Assembly (NCBI GenBank): GCA_963716255.1
Contig: OY970303.1
Location: forward strand, 4,608,001 to 4,672,000
DNA from: an uncultured Gemmatimonadales bacterium
Lineage (GTDB): Bacteria; Gemmatimonadota; Gemmatimonadetes; Longimicrobiales; Longimicrobiaceae
Reading direction: 5' to 3'
Length of the DNA stretch: 64,000 bases
Position 1 is the first letter of the stretch; every line of letters begins with the position of its first letter. Below the pieces are notes generated by a model. That model was not told the origin of the DNA, made no database searches, and was given only the letters and a program-made list of their open reading frames with translations. Below, one piece after another: positions 43,601 to 56,017 of this stretch. The position numbers were made by a program, and so were the translations under genes.

Positions 43601-43746
43601 AGGAGAACCGGGAAACGGTGAAGTTCTCGCAGTTCCTGGTGGTGGAAGGGAAGTTCGAGCGGGACGGGGCGGTGATGAACGTGGTGGGGCGGCGGTTCAG
43701 GGAGCTGCCGCGGAACATCGCGTTCCGGTCGCACGACTTCCACTGA
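40618..43746 (+). CDS. dnaE2: Error-prone DNA polymerase III alpha (DnaE2/ImuC)
   Basis: SAFSFGDG PHP, QGRGSAANS, PDIDVDF, FQIESRAQ, YGFPESHA, C-terminal SHDFH (SRDFH-type). Confidence 0.95.
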   Translation: MERYVELRGRSAFSFGDGVLTPEALVQRAAELGYGTLALTDAADLGGIVRFAQEAKEQGVRPVVGAELRVAGHPLALLARDEAGYRGLAALVTRSRRGSARGKPGLRWAEVEERAAGLHLLTGPPTGELAAMLRAGKRLEAARLLARWRDVFGGNVAVEAQLHHVSGAEAALAEALVELAGRCDVPWVATGEPRYLDAPGRLVHDLQTALRAGVTVDEASRSGLLLPNGEWRLRAPEEMAALWKGREAGVEESARIAAECAFELRWLRPPLPEFPIPPGHDADSYLRELVYEGAAERWDGVVGDRERAQIEHELAVIRKLGFAGFFLVMWQAVRFARGRGILCQGRGSAANSVVTFCLRITAVDPVKHNLLFERFLSEARTDGLTEAPDIDVDFEMHRREEVLSYVYDRYSRDHAAITGVTQVYHAPSALQDAMRALGYPAELAFTISKRVKHLGPAAGADAVEQELGGAHGLETGDARGRALLAAMRALEGVPRMRSTHPGGFVLSASPLGEYIPTEETTMGRTILQFDKDDLDAVGVPKFDFLGLGGLTAARIAFDAIEARTGERLDLYALPQDDPRTFEMISRGDTLGTFQIESRAQIQSILQTRPERLYDLVVQVALIRPGPIQGDFVGPYTRRRRGLEKWEHDHPALAPVLERTCGIPIFQEQAMSIAMALGGYTAAEADELRRTMGHARKQAKLEAALEKLRVRLGTNGLPQELADRVVRQMKGFGNYGFPESHAWSFALIAYATAYLKAHYPAEFLMGLLNAWPMGFYAPATLVHDARRGGVEVRGPCLKRGARECTMEDTAHPEKPAVRIGWKHVGGIGARTLEALAAAHAERPFASVEDVVKRAGLGRAEALHLARAGAFEGFEPGRRRAAWEALRAAGDVLPLAPAHRLPFDPLELEGPELIFLDYLATGICTHGHPMEHVRPRLRAAGILASTDLLEVRKGEKIIVSGLVVARQHPSTAKGTVFVLLEDEGGFINVIVPAKVYEENRETVKFSQFLVVEGKFERDGAVMNVVGRRFRELPRNIAFRSHDFH

Positions 43747-43766
43747 GGGATTTCAAAAGCGACTGC

Positions 43767-43905
43767 GGATTCGAGCGTGCCCCCGGCTGGCGCCGGGGTC
43801 GGGCTTCGACTCCGTAAGCCCGCAAACAACGCGGGCTAACGGAGTCGAGACCCGGCGGAAACAGCCCCGCCGGGTCTCGCCCCTTCGGGCCGTAATCCCT
43901 CACGC
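43767..43905 (-). repeat. Family B repeat copy 3 (inverted)
   Basis: Reverse complement begins GCGTGAGGGATTACGGCCCGAAGGGG. Confidence 0.88.
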
Positions 43906-43931
43906 GGGGCTCGGTGCGCGTCCGGCGAGCC

Positions 43932-44132
43932 TCAGATGCAGATACAGGTGATCCCCCCCTCGCAGAACCAGGTTCCCGGACCGCCGCAGGCGTTGTCGCA
44001 CAGGTCTTCCCAGCACGCACGGGCGCTCTGCTGCGGAGCGGGGGACGCGAACGCCTGCGCGGCCCCGAACGTGAGCGCGCCGAGTACCGCGAGGGCGTAC
44101 AGTGCGTTGTTGAACATCCGGATGCGGGTCAT
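43932..44132 (-). CDS. Secreted 6-Cys defensin-like peptide 2
   Basis: GGAGGT RBS; leader ending LTFGAAQAFA; C-x4-C-x3-C-x7-C-x5-C-x-C. Confidence 0.78.
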   Translation of the reverse strand: MTRIRMFNNALYALAVLGALTFGAAQAFASPAPQQSARACWEDLCDNACGGPGTWFCEGGITCICI

Positions 44133-44300
44133 GGCAGTGTACCTCCGATCGGCGTGATCGAGACTGGGGCGCCTGGACAGGCGGGCTCGACGACGGAGCA
44201 CGGCTCTCACGGCGCGCGGATCGCGCCACCCAAGATGCGCACCCCGGAGGAGCCGCAATCTGCGTCACGACCTCTTTCGAACGACTCGCGCCGCGTCCGT

Positions 44301-45215
44301 CTACCGCGGAGGCTGCAGCTCGGGGATCATCGACCGGTGGGCGGAGATCCCGGCCAGCACGCCGTCCGCCGAGGCGAAGGTCGCGTTGTGCATCGCGCGG
44401 GTGGCGTCGCCGGCGGCGTACACGCCGGTTACCGTCGTTTCCTTGAAGTCGTCCGTGCGGACGATCGGGCCGTTCATCCCCTCGTCGAAGGCGCAGCCGA
44501 GCTGCTCCGCCAGCAGGCTCGCCATGCGCGTGCGCGAGGCGGTGAACAGCGCATCCAGCGGCACCACGCTCCCGTCGTCCAGCCGCGCGCCGTCCAGGCG
44601 TGGCGCGTCGCCCAGCAGCGCCCGCACGGGCCGCTCCTCCACGCGCACGCCGCGGGCGTCCAGCGCCGCGCGCTGCGGCTCGTCCGGCGCGAAGGCGCCG
44701 TTGGTGAACAGCGTCACGTCGGCGCTCCAGTCCGGGATCAGCAGCGCCTGGTGCATGCTCATGGGGCTCGTCGCCAGCACCCCCAGGCGGCCGTCCGCCA
44801 CCTCGTAGCCGTGGCAGTACGGGCAGTGCAGCACGGTCACGCCCCACCGCTCCCGCAGCCCCTCCACCTCCGGCAGCTCGTCCACCACGCCCGTCGCCAG
44901 CACCAGGCGCGGGGCGCGGAACACTTCCCCGGAGGCGAGCACCACCTCGAAGCCGTCCCCACTGCGCGCCGCGCGCTCGGCCACGCCCTCCACGAGCGCG
45001 GCTGTGGGGTAGGCGAGCACCTGCGCCCGGGCGTCCGCGACGACGTCGGCCGGCGCCCTGCCGTCCTGGCCCAGGAAGCCGTGCGCGGCGAGGGCGAAGC
45101 GGTTGCGCGGCCGGCCCGCGTCCACCACCAGCACCCGCCGGCGCGCGCGGGCGAGCTGCATGGCGGCGGAAAGGCCCGCCCAGCTTCCTCCCACCACGAT
45201 GACGTCATGTGACAT
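44301..45215 (-). CDS. Thioredoxin-reductase-like NAD(P)/FAD oxidoreductase
   Basis: DVIVVGGSWAGLSAA, LATG, HCPYCHGYE, GVYAAGD. Confidence 0.9.
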   Translation of the reverse strand: MSHDVIVVGGSWAGLSAAMQLARARRRVLVVDAGRPRNRFALAAHGFLGQDGRAPADVVADARAQVLAYPTAALVEGVAERAARSGDGFEVVLASGEVFRAPRLVLATGVVDELPEVEGLRERWGVTVLHCPYCHGYEVADGRLGVLATSPMSMHQALLIPDWSADVTLFTNGAFAPDEPQRAALDARGVRVEERPVRALLGDAPRLDGARLDDGSVVPLDALFTASRTRMASLLAEQLGCAFDEGMNGPIVRTDDFKETTVTGVYAAGDATRAMHNATFASADGVLAGISAHRSMIPELQPPR

Positions 45216-45669
45216 CGGTGCTCCGTGCGTCCGTCGTTGTCCCCCGCGCCGGCAGCGCCCGGACGGACGCCGACAGCTCCGCGAGGGTGATGCGGCCCAG
45301 CCGCTCCGCCAGCAGGGCCTCGGCGTCGGCCAGGAAGCCGTCCAGCGCGCCCGACACCGCCCGCTCCACCCGGCACCCCGCCTCCCTCAGCGCCGGGTCG
45401 ATCGCGATCAGCAGACGCTCGCCGAGCGCTTCGTAGACCTCCCGCACCGTGACCTCCGCGGGAGCGCGCGCCAGCGACCAGCCGCCGCCGTGCCCGGCCG
45501 CCGAGGCGACCAGCCCCGCCTCCCGCAGTCCGGCCAGGGTGCGCCGGACCACCACCGGGTGGGTGCGCACGCACGCCGCCAGCGACTCCGAGGTCGCGGG
45601 CTCGCCGGGATGCTCGGCCAGGTGCACCAGCACGTGAAGGGCGACGGAGAAGCGGCTGCTGCGTTTCAT
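45205..45669 (-). CDS. Rrf2-family transcriptional regulator
   Basis: SRFSVALHVL, TSESLA.CV.THPVVVRR, G.GGGW.LAR. Confidence 0.9.
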   Translation of the reverse strand: MKRSSRFSVALHVLVHLAEHPGEPATSESLAACVRTHPVVVRRTLAGLREAGLVASAAGHGGGWSLARAPAEVTVREVYEALGERLLIAIDPALREAGCRVERAVSGALDGFLADAEALLAERLGRITLAELSASVRALPARGTTTDARSTDVT

Positions 45670-45705
45670 GTAACTTTATTTATTACGGAAAGCGGCGCAC
45701 GTCAA
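45670..45705 (-). promoter_or_regulatory. Promoter and GTAA-N9-TTAC inverted repeat (probable Rrf2 auto-operator)
   Basis: TTGACG at 45705-45700; AT-rich island GTAACTTTATTTATTAC abutting the ATG. Confidence 0.5.
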
Positions 45706-46016
45706 GTGCGTGGGCGCGCAGGCGTCCGGGCGCGGCCGCGGACCGCCGCCCACTTCCCCGGGATCGTGCACACCTCCGTCACCCGCGGCGCGCCGGCTCT
45801 CCGCTCCGGCCGACCGGATTCCGGGCCGGCGGCCGGACCTGCCACTCGCGGCGAAAAGAGCATTGCGGACGGTGGCGGAAACGCCCCTGGGAAGCTAGGT
45901 TTACCGGGTTTTGCACGGTTGCTTTTTTGGCACGTTCCCGCCGCGCCGGGGTACAACACCCGCTTGCATCCGCGTACTCGCGGACGCCTTGAGTTTCGAC
46001 GCTCCAAGAAGACAAA

Positions 46017-48665
<2,649 letters not shown>

Positions 48666-48675
48666 CTGCTTCGGC

Positions 48676-48831
48676 GGGGCCGCTCCGGAGCCGGACGATA
48701 CTGCCGTCCGTCTCCTGCGCGGGTCGCGGAGCCAGCCAAACTGCCGGCTGTCTCCGCTCCGGCTCCGTGAGCCTCGCGCAAACAGCCGCGCGAGTCTCCC
48801 TCCGCGAAAGATCTGAGGGGTACTGCGGGAA
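48676..48831 (+). repeat. Family A repeat copy 6
   Basis: Starts 10 nt after the gyrA stop. Confidence 0.85.
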
Positions 48832-48836
48832 AAGCG

Positions 48837-48877
48837 AACGGCGCCCCCGCCTCGGCACTGAGGTGGGGGCGCCGTTT
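48837..48877. terminator. Stem-loop between convergent gyrA and mrdA
   Basis: AACGGCGCCCCCGCCTC..GAGGTGGGGGCGCCGTT. Confidence 0.6.
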
Positions 48878-48923
48878 CGTTTGCAGGCTGTGACGCTTCA
48901 CGCTGCGCGTGAACCGGTGAACC

Positions 48924-50918
48924 CTATTCCCTGTTCCCTGATCCGTTCCCGTCCGCCGCGGCCGGCTGCGCCATCGCCCCGGAGGGGCGGAGGTCGGGGA
49001 GCGGCTGCGCGGTGGGCTCCGGGCGGGTGCGGCGCGCGGCGCGGCGCGGTGCGGACGACGGCGCGGGGGCGTTGGTGGGCTCCACGTCCTCCATGCGGGG
49101 GACGGGGTGGCCGTGCTTCTTGTTCAGGTAGTAGTCGGCGATGCGCGCGGCCACGGGCGCGGCGGCCCCCGAGCCGGACTCCCCGAACTCCACGATCACC
49201 GCCACCACGATCTCCGGGGCGCCGCCGCGCGGGCCCGCGAAGCCGGTGAACCAGGCGTGCGGGCGCTTGAGGTCCGCGCTGTTCTGCGACGTACCCGTCT
49301 TCCCGGAAAGCTTCCAGCGCCGCAGCTCCACCGCGTGCGCCGACCCGCCCTCCTCGACCACGCGGGCCATCCCCTCGTGCACCGCGGAAAGCGTCTTGGG
49401 GGTCAGGCGCAGGTCCGTCTCCGGAGCGCCCTCCTGCCGGCGCGCCACGATGTGCGGCGCGAAGGCGGTGCCGTCGCCCGCCAGCGCCGAAAAGAACTGC
49501 GCCATGCGGATGGGCGTCTGGGCGTTTGGCCCCTGCCCGATGGACAGGTTCATCACCTCGCTGGGAGGCGGCGTCCACCCGAAGCGCTTCTTGTACCAGT
49601 CGCGGCTCGCGGGAAAGATCCCCACCTTCTCGCCCGGCAGGTCCACCGAGGTCTTCCGCGAGAAGCCCAGGCGCGTCCCCTCCTGCGTGAGCAGCTTGAT
49701 CCCCAGCCGGATCCCCAGCTGGTAAAAGTACACGTTGCAGGAGTTGGCGATGGCCTGGATCAGGTCCTGCGGGCCGTGGCCCTCCCTCTTCCAGCAGCGC
49801 GAGTAGCGCCCCGCGTACGGCATCCCGCCCGTACAGGCGATGGGCATCTTGTACTCCGGGGTGATCGCCCCCCGCTCCAGCCCGATGATCGCCGTCGCCA
49901 GCTTCCAGGTGGAGCCCGGCGGGTAGATGCCGTTGGTCGCCCGGTTCAGGAGCGGACGCGAGGGCCCGTTCAGCTCCTTCCACACCGCGGGCGAGATGCG
50001 CCCCACCAGCAGGTTGGGGTCGTAGGTGGGGGCGGAGTACATGGCCAGGATCTCCCCCGTGGACGGGACCATGGCCACCACCGCGCCCTTCATCCCCGCC
50101 GGGAACACCGCGCGGGCGTAGCGCTGCAGGTCCACGTCGATGGTCAGGCGCAGGTCGCGCCCCGCCAGCGGCGGCTTGGTGAGCTGCTCCGCGAAGCGCC
50201 CCACCAGCCGGCCGCGCGCGTCCACCTCGATGTAGCGCGTCCCCGGCGTCCCCCCCATGGTGCGCTCGTACTGGCGCTCCACCCCCGCCTTGCCGATCTG
50301 CTGCCCCAGCTTGTAGCCCTGCCACGTGGGGCTGGCCAGCTCCCGCTCGTTGATCTCCGACACGTAGCCCACGATGTGCGCCGTCGCGTCGCCGTACGGG
50401 TAGCGGCGCACCGGGCGCGCCTCCAGGAGCACTCCGGGCAGGCGCGCCGGCTGCTCCTGCAGGCGCGACAGCTGCCGGAAGCTGAGCGCGTCCGACACCA
50501 CGGTGGGCTCCCTGGGGTCCTTGCGCACGCGGGCCAGCGTCTCCGCCGCCTGCAGCGAGTCCAGCTCCAGCACGGGCACCAGCGCGGCCAGGCGCGCGCG
50601 CACCGAGTCGGGCGGCCCCGGCTCCAGCGACAGCGTGTAGCCCGTGACCGTCTCCGCCACCACCTTGCCGTTGCGGTCGTAGACGGTCCCCCGCGGCGCG
50701 GGGATGGGGACCATGCGGAAGCGGTTGTCCTCCGAGCGGAGGACGAACTCCGAGTTGCGGACGATCTGCGTGCGGAAGAACGCCGCGCCCAGCGTGCAGA
50801 GCATCACCGCGATGGCGAGCGTGGCCTGCACCGCACGGCGCTGGCGCGCGTGCGGGTTGAACGGGCTTACCGAAGCTCCGATGATCCGGCCGTACACGGG
50901 GTGGGGCAGGGGAGGCAA
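48924..50918 (-). CDS. mrdA: Penicillin-binding protein 2 (start codon uncertain)
   Basis: TM anchor, PAPRGTVYDRNG, YPPGSTWK (SxxK), SCNVYFY (SxN), GKTGTSQ. Confidence 0.9.
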   Translation of the reverse strand: MPPLPHPVYGRIIGASVSPFNPHARQRRAVQATLAIAVMLCTLGAAFFRTQIVRNSEFVLRSEDNRFRMVPIPAPRGTVYDRNGKVVAETVTGYTLSLEPGPPDSVRARLAALVPVLELDSLQAAETLARVRKDPREPTVVSDALSFRQLSRLQEQPARLPGVLLEARPVRRYPYGDATAHIVGYVSEINERELASPTWQGYKLGQQIGKAGVERQYERTMGGTPGTRYIEVDARGRLVGRFAEQLTKPPLAGRDLRLTIDVDLQRYARAVFPAGMKGAVVAMVPSTGEILAMYSAPTYDPNLLVGRISPAVWKELNGPSRPLLNRATNGIYPPGSTWKLATAIIGLERGAITPEYKMPIACTGGMPYAGRYSRCWKREGHGPQDLIQAIANSCNVYFYQLGIRLGIKLLTQEGTRLGFSRKTSVDLPGEKVGIFPASRDWYKKRFGWTPPPSEVMNLSIGQGPNAQTPIRMAQFFSALAGDGTAFAPHIVARRQEGAPETDLRLTPKTLSAVHEGMARVVEEGGSAHAVELRRWKLSGKTGTSQNSADLKRPHAWFTGFAGPRGGAPEIVVAVIVEFGESGSGAAAPVAARIADYYLNKKHGHPVPRMEDVEPTNAPAPSSAPRRAARRTRPEPTAQPLPDLRPSGAMAQPAAADGNGSGNRE

Positions 50919-51222
50919 CGCGTTGGGAGTGAATGTTTTCGCCCCAAAGGTAAAAGCTTTCCCCCCGGTCGCGCCAGTGGCGCGTGGCGGGATCCCCGCG
51001 CTCGTGGCGGTGTATAGAACCCGGAAGCCTTGCGGGAGCAGGGGGAAAGCTTATCTTCCCCGTCTCCCACGCCGCCCTCCCTGACCCGCCCGTCGGTCCC
51101 AGCTCCGCGGCACGCAATTTGACACCCAGCGGCTTCCGTCCGAGCCACAACTGCAATGGTGACGCCCCGCCTCCGGACCCCGGAGGCGCACGCGCGCCTC
51201 GGCACCCGATAAAGAGCACTAG

Positions 51223-52395
51223 ATGAGCCTGTCCGCACACTCCCCGGCCACCCCCCGGCCGGAGAACGGACCCTCCGCCGATGCGGAGGGGATCCTCGAA
51301 GTACTGTCCAGCGGAAGCGGCTTCCTGCGGTCCGGGTCCCACGGGTACCAGACCGCCGACGGAGACCCCTTCGTTCCCCAGTCGGTGATCCGGCGGCTCG
51401 GGCTGCGGACGGGGGACCGCATCGTGGGCGAGGTGGGCACCGCTCCCGGACGCGGCAAGAGCCCGCCGCTGGAGAGCGTCCGCAGCGTGAACGGCCTCCC
51501 CCCCGAGCAGGCCCGCGGCCGCCCCGAGTTCAACTCCCTCCCCGCCACATACCCGGACGAGCGCCTGACGCTGGAGCACGCGGTGGAGGGACGCGCCAAG
51601 CGTGACCCCACCCCGCGCATCATCGACCTGATCGCCCCGCTCGGCAAGGGGCAGCGGGCGCTGATCGTTGCCCCCTCGCGGGCGGGAAAGACCACCATCC
51701 TCCAGTCCATCCTCCGCGGCGTCCACTCCAACTACCCGGAGGCGGTCCTCCTGGTGCTGCTGGTGGACGAGCGCCCGGAGGAGGTCACCGAGATGGAGAT
51801 GCTGGGGCACGGCGAGGTGATCGCCTCCTCCTTCGACTGCCCCGCCGACCGGCACGTCGCCGTCGCCGAGATGACGCTGGAGCACGCCCGCCGCCAGGTG
51901 GAGAGCGGGCGCGACGTGGTGCTGGTCCTGGACTCCATCACCCGCCTGGCCCGCGCCTACAACAACACCGAGCGCGGCAGCGGCAAGCTCCTGTCCGGCG
52001 GCATCGACGCCACCGCGCTGGAAAAGCCCAAGCGCTTCTTCGGCTCCGCGCGCAAGGTGCGCGGCGGGGGCGGGTCGCTGACCATCATCGCCACCGCGCT
52101 GATCGAGACGGGGAGCCGTGCCGACGAGGTGATCTTCGAGGAGTTCAAGGGCACCGGCAACTCCGAGATCGTGCTGGACCGCGAGCTGGCGGACAAGCGG
52201 ATCTTCCCGGCCATCAACATCGAGAAGAGCGCCACCCGCCGCGAGGACCTGGTCATCCCCGAGGAGGACCTGGACAAGGTGCACCAGCTGCGGCGCGTGC
52301 TGCACTCGCTTTCCGCCGCGGATGCGCTCCAGCTGCTGCTCAAGCAGATGAACGATTCCAAGACTAACGCGGAGCTTCTCGCCAAGATCCGCTAA
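51223..52395 (+). CDS. rho: Transcription termination factor Rho (short form)
   Basis: GFLRS, GKGQRALIVAP.RAGKTT, VDERPEEVT, DSITRLARAYN, IFEEFKGTGN. Confidence 0.93.
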   Translation: MSLSAHSPATPRPENGPSADAEGILEVLSSGSGFLRSGSHGYQTADGDPFVPQSVIRRLGLRTGDRIVGEVGTAPGRGKSPPLESVRSVNGLPPEQARGRPEFNSLPATYPDERLTLEHAVEGRAKRDPTPRIIDLIAPLGKGQRALIVAPSRAGKTTILQSILRGVHSNYPEAVLLVLLVDERPEEVTEMEMLGHGEVIASSFDCPADRHVAVAEMTLEHARRQVESGRDVVLVLDSITRLARAYNNTERGSGKLLSGGIDATALEKPKRFFGSARKVRGGGGSLTIIATALIETGSRADEVIFEEFKGTGNSEIVLDRELADKRIFPAINIEKSATRREDLVIPEEDLDKVHQLRRVLHSLSAADALQLLLKQMNDSKTNAELLAKIR

Positions 52396-52472
52396 GTACT
52401 TTTGGGCTGGTTGGACGGTTGGGGGCGGCTCCGGGTTCCGGGGCCGCCTCTTCGTTTTCCTCGGGTTTTGGC

Positions 52473-52624
52473 GGGCCGCTCCGGAGCTGGACGATACTGC
52501 CGTCCGTCTCCTGCGCGGGCTCCGGGAGCCCCGGAAAACTGCCTCCGGGTCTCCCTGCGCCGGAGGGGGCCAGCCAAACTGCCGGCTGTCTCCCTCCGAA
52601 CAGATTCATGTGGATACTGCGGAA
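52473..52624 (+). repeat. Family A repeat copy 7
   Basis: GGGCCGCTCCGGAGC...GGATACTGCGGAA. Confidence 0.85.
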
Positions 52625-52641
52625 ACTGCAACGAAAAAAAG

Positions 52642-52695
52642 CCCTCCCCCAGAATTGGGGGAGGGTGGCGAGCCTCAAGCGAGCCGGGTGGGGGC
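52642..52695. repeat. Family C REP-like element
   Basis: ccctcccccagaattgggggaggg...gggtgggg. Confidence 0.55.
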
Positions 52696-52709
52696 GAGCC
52701 GTCGCAGGC

Positions 52710-52737
52710 TGTTCCCTGTTCCCTATTCCCTGTTCCC
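52710..52737. repeat. Heptamer tandem repeat T(G/A)TTCCC x4
   Basis: TGTTCCC TGTTCCC TATTCCC TGTTCCC. Confidence 0.8.
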
Positions 52738-53115
52738 TAAATACCCCTCCAGCACCGTCAGCAGCTGCTCCGTGTTGATGGGCTTGGTCAGGTAGCCGGT
52801 GCAGCCGGCGGCGCGGCAGGCTTCCTCGTCGGTCTCGAGCGCGCGGCCGGTCAGGGCGATGATGGGCGTTTCGCGGGTATCGTCCTGGGCGCGGAGGGCG
52901 CGGGCCACGTCCAGGCCGCTCATGTCCGGGAGACCCAGGTCCAGGAGGATCAGGTGCGGGCCGCGGGTACCGGCCGTCGCCAGCGCCTCGGCGCCGGAGG
53001 CGGCGGCGAGCACGTGGTAGCCGCTCTCCTCCAGCAGGATGGAGAAGGCGCCGCGGATCGCCTCGTTGTCCTCCACCAGGAGCACCCGCGGGGTGTCGGC
53101 TCCGCTTCCGCTCAC
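52723..53115 (-). CDS. Single-domain response regulator
   Basis: [35 protein letters not shown] overlap with the kinase. Confidence 0.88.
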   Translation of the reverse strand: MSGSGADTPRVLLVEDNEAIRGAFSILLEESGYHVLAAASGAEALATAGTRGPHLILLDLGLPDMSGLDVARALRAQDDTRETPIIALTGRALETDEEACRAAGCTGYLTKPINTEQLLTVLEGYLGNRE

Positions 53116-54059
53116 GCCGCCCCCAGCCGCTCGCCCGCCTCCACCGAGGGAAGGGTGAAGAAGAAGCGGCTTCCCGACCCCAGCTCGCTCTCCACCCAGA
53201 TCTTGCCGCCGTGCAGCTGCACGAACTTGCGTGCGATCGCCAGCCCCAGCCCCGTCCCGTGGTGCATCCGCGCGCGCGACGAGTCCACCTGCGCGAACTC
53301 CTGGAAGATCATCTCGTGGTGCCGCGGGTCGATCCCGATCCCCGAGTCCTCCACCACCACCTCCAGCCACGCCGGGTTGTCCGGCGAGCGGCGGGCCTCC
53401 ACGCGCAGCGTGCCGTCCTGCGGTGTGAAGTCGATGGCGTTGCCGATCAGGTTCCCCAGGATGTGCACCACCTTGTCGCGGTCGGCCCACACGGCAGGGA
53501 GCCCGCCGTTCAGCGTCGCCTCGTAGCGCAGGCTCTTCTGCTGGATCAGCGAGGCGTTCATGTCGTAGACGTGCCCCACCACCTCCGTCAGGTCGAACTC
53601 CGAGGGCGACAGCTCGATGGCGCGCGCGTTGGTGCGCGCGTACATCAGGATCTCCTCGATCATGGAAAGGAGCTGCCTGCACGAGTTGATCATGGACTCG
53701 ATCGCATCGCGCTGCCGCGGGGTGATCTCGCCCAGCAGCCCGTCGCGCAGCACCTCGCCGTAGGTGACGATGGCGGTGAGCGGGGTGCGCAGCTCGTGGG
53801 AAACGTTGGTGAGGAACTGGGACTTGGCGACGTCGAGGTTGCGGAGCTCCAGGATGGTGCGCTCCAGCTCCTCGATCCGCCGTGCCAGCGTTTCGCGCGA
53901 GGCTCCCGCGGGAAGTGACTCCTCGAACCCGACCAGCGCGTTCTGCGGCGCATCCGACCCGGGGGAGTCCATGAGGCGGAAGCCCTCCCCCGCAAGCATC
54001 TCTCGGAGGCGGTCCGCTTCCCGGTCGTCCCCCTGGATGTACAGTCGCAGTTCGATCAT
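53112..54059 (-). CDS. Cytoplasmic sensor histidine kinase
   Basis: SHELRTPL H-box, [24 protein letters not shown]. Confidence 0.92.
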   Translation of the reverse strand: MIELRLYIQGDDREADRLREMLAGEGFRLMDSPGSDAPQNALVGFEESLPAGASRETLARRIEELERTILELRNLDVAKSQFLTNVSHELRTPLTAIVTYGEVLRDGLLGEITPRQRDAIESMINSCRQLLSMIEEILMYARTNARAIELSPSEFDLTEVVGHVYDMNASLIQQKSLRYEATLNGGLPAVWADRDKVVHILGNLIGNAIDFTPQDGTLRVEARRSPDNPAWLEVVVEDSGIGIDPRHHEMIFQEFAQVDSSRARMHHGTGLGLAIARKFVQLHGGKIWVESELGSGSRFFFTLPSVEAGERLGAA

Positions 54060-54095
54060 CCGTTTCGCGCGGCGGGAGCGTGAGATGTCACCAAT

Positions 54096-55913
54096 CTAGA
54101 CACCCCACCCGGAGGGTGCAAGGACGGAGTCCCCGTCCAGGTTTTCCGCCAGGAGCTGGCGCCGCTGGAGGGCGGCGTAGGTCCCGCCCGCGCGCAGGAG
54201 CTCCACATGCGTTCCCACCTCCGCGACGCTGCCGTCGTCCAGCACCACGATGCGGTCCGCGTTCATCACCGCCGTCACGCGGTGGCTCACGATCACGCTG
54301 GTGCGCCCCGCCAGCACCTCGCGCAGCCCCTGGAGGATCTCCGTCTCGGTGTGGGTGTCCACGGCCGAGAGGGCGTCGTCCAGCACCAGGATCTCGGGGT
54401 CGCGCGCGATGGCGCGCGCCAGGGTGGCCCGCTGCTTCTGCCCGCCCGACAGGTTGATCCCGCGCTCTCCCAGCAGGGTGTCGTAGCCGTGGGGGAAGCC
54501 GTTGACGGTCTCGTCGAGCTGCGCCACGCGGGCGGCGGCGCGGATGCGCTCCTCCTCCCGTGCCGGGTCGGCCTCGTCGAACCCGAGCGCCAGGTTCTCG
54601 CGCAGCGTCGCCGAGAACAGGAAGGCGTCCTGCGGCACCACGCCCAGCGCCGCGCGCAGCCTGGCGAGCGGCCAGCGGCTGACCGGGACCCCGTCGATCA
54701 GCACCTCGCCCTCGGTGGGGTCGTACAGCCGGGCCAGCAGCGCCCCCACCGTGGACTTCCCCGACCCGGTGGGCCCCACGACCGCCAGGCTGTAGCCCGC
54801 GGGGACGTGGAAGGAGACGTCGCGCAGCACCAGCCGGTCGGTCCCCGGGTAGCGGAACGAGACGTTGCGGAACTCGATCTCCCCGCGGATGGGATCCGGG
54901 AGCCGGGGCTCCTCCGGCTCGCGGACGGACGGCTCGGTGCCGAGCACGCGCGACACCCGCCCCATGGAGGCGCCGCCGCGCTGGAACAGGTTGATCACCC
55001 AGCCCAGGGAGATCATGGGCCAGGTGAGCATCCCCAGGTACAGGTTGAACTCGACGAACTCGCCCAACGTGATCTCCCCGCGGAAGATGGCCCTTCCGCC
55101 CAGCAGCAGGACCACCACCGCCGCCGCCCCGCCGAAGAGCCCCAGGAGCGGCTGGAACAGCCCGCTGGCCTTCACCAGGTCCAGGTTGCGCTCCATGTAG
55201 CGCTCCGACAGCCCGCGGAAGCGCTCGGCCTGCGCGTCCTCCTGCCCGTACGCCTTGACGATGCGCACTCCCGCGAGGTTCTCCTGCGCCAGCGACGACA
55301 GGATGCCGAATTCCGCCTGGATGCGCTCGAAGCGCGCGTGGATCACCTTGCTGAACCCCAGCGTCACCACCGGCAGGGCGAGCATGGGCACCAGGGCGTA
55401 CAGCGTCATCCGCGCGTCGATCCACACCATCAGCGTGAGCGCGAACAGCGCCGTGACGATCATGTTGACCAGGTACATGATGGCGGGGCCCGCCACCATC
55501 CGCACGGCGCCCAGGTCGTTGGTCGCCAGGCTGATGATCTCGCCGGTGGGGGTGCGGCCGTAGAAGGGCGCGTCCAGGTGGAGGAGGTGCCGGAAGTAGT
55601 CGTTGCGGAGGTCGGTCTCCACGCGGCGGCTGATGCCGTTGAGGATGTCGCGCATGTAGAAGCGCGCTACCCCGCCCACCAGGGTGACCAGCACGCTGAG
55701 CCCCGCGTACCTCGCCACGGTGCCGCCGGTGGTCCCCGGCTTCCCGAGGGCGTCGATCCCCTTGCCGATGAGGTCGGGGGTCCAGAGCATGAGCCCCGTG
55801 GAGACCAGGACGAGCAGCAGTCCCAGGAGCGTGGCCCCAAGGTACGGCCGGAGGTACGGCAGAAGCGCGCGGAGGTTCTTCACTTGCGACCTGGCATTCG
55901 GGTTGCCCTCCAC
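54096..55913 (-). CDS. ABC exporter, fused permease and ATPase (MdlA/MsbA-like)
   Basis: TM domain, GPTGSGKST, LSGGQKQR, LDDALSAVD. Confidence 0.92.
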   Translation of the reverse strand: MEGNPNARSQVKNLRALLPYLRPYLGATLLGLLLVLVSTGLMLWTPDLIGKGIDALGKPGTTGGTVARYAGLSVLVTLVGGVARFYMRDILNGISRRVETDLRNDYFRHLLHLDAPFYGRTPTGEIISLATNDLGAVRMVAGPAIMYLVNMIVTALFALTLMVWIDARMTLYALVPMLALPVVTLGFSKVIHARFERIQAEFGILSSLAQENLAGVRIVKAYGQEDAQAERFRGLSERYMERNLDLVKASGLFQPLLGLFGGAAAVVVLLLGGRAIFRGEITLGEFVEFNLYLGMLTWPMISLGWVINLFQRGGASMGRVSRVLGTEPSVREPEEPRLPDPIRGEIEFRNVSFRYPGTDRLVLRDVSFHVPAGYSLAVVGPTGSGKSTVGALLARLYDPTEGEVLIDGVPVSRWPLARLRAALGVVPQDAFLFSATLRENLALGFDEADPAREEERIRAAARVAQLDETVNGFPHGYDTLLGERGINLSGGQKQRATLARAIARDPEILVLDDALSAVDTHTETEILQGLREVLAGRTSVIVSHRVTAVMNADRIVVLDDGSVAEVGTHVELLRAGGTYAALQRRQLLAENLDGDSVLAPSGWGV

Positions 55914-56017
55914 GCGGCCGGACGCGCCGGGGAGGCGGGTTGAGGATACCCGAGCGCACAGGGAAATTCAAGTCGTTTTCCGGCTCTTGTGAAAACCCAA
56001 GCGATGGGTTACGTTGA

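Noticed and set aside
43744..43902. TGAGGGATT...AATCCCTCA as terminal inverted repeats of family B
   Set aside because: Seen only around copy 3; other copies lack the matching end
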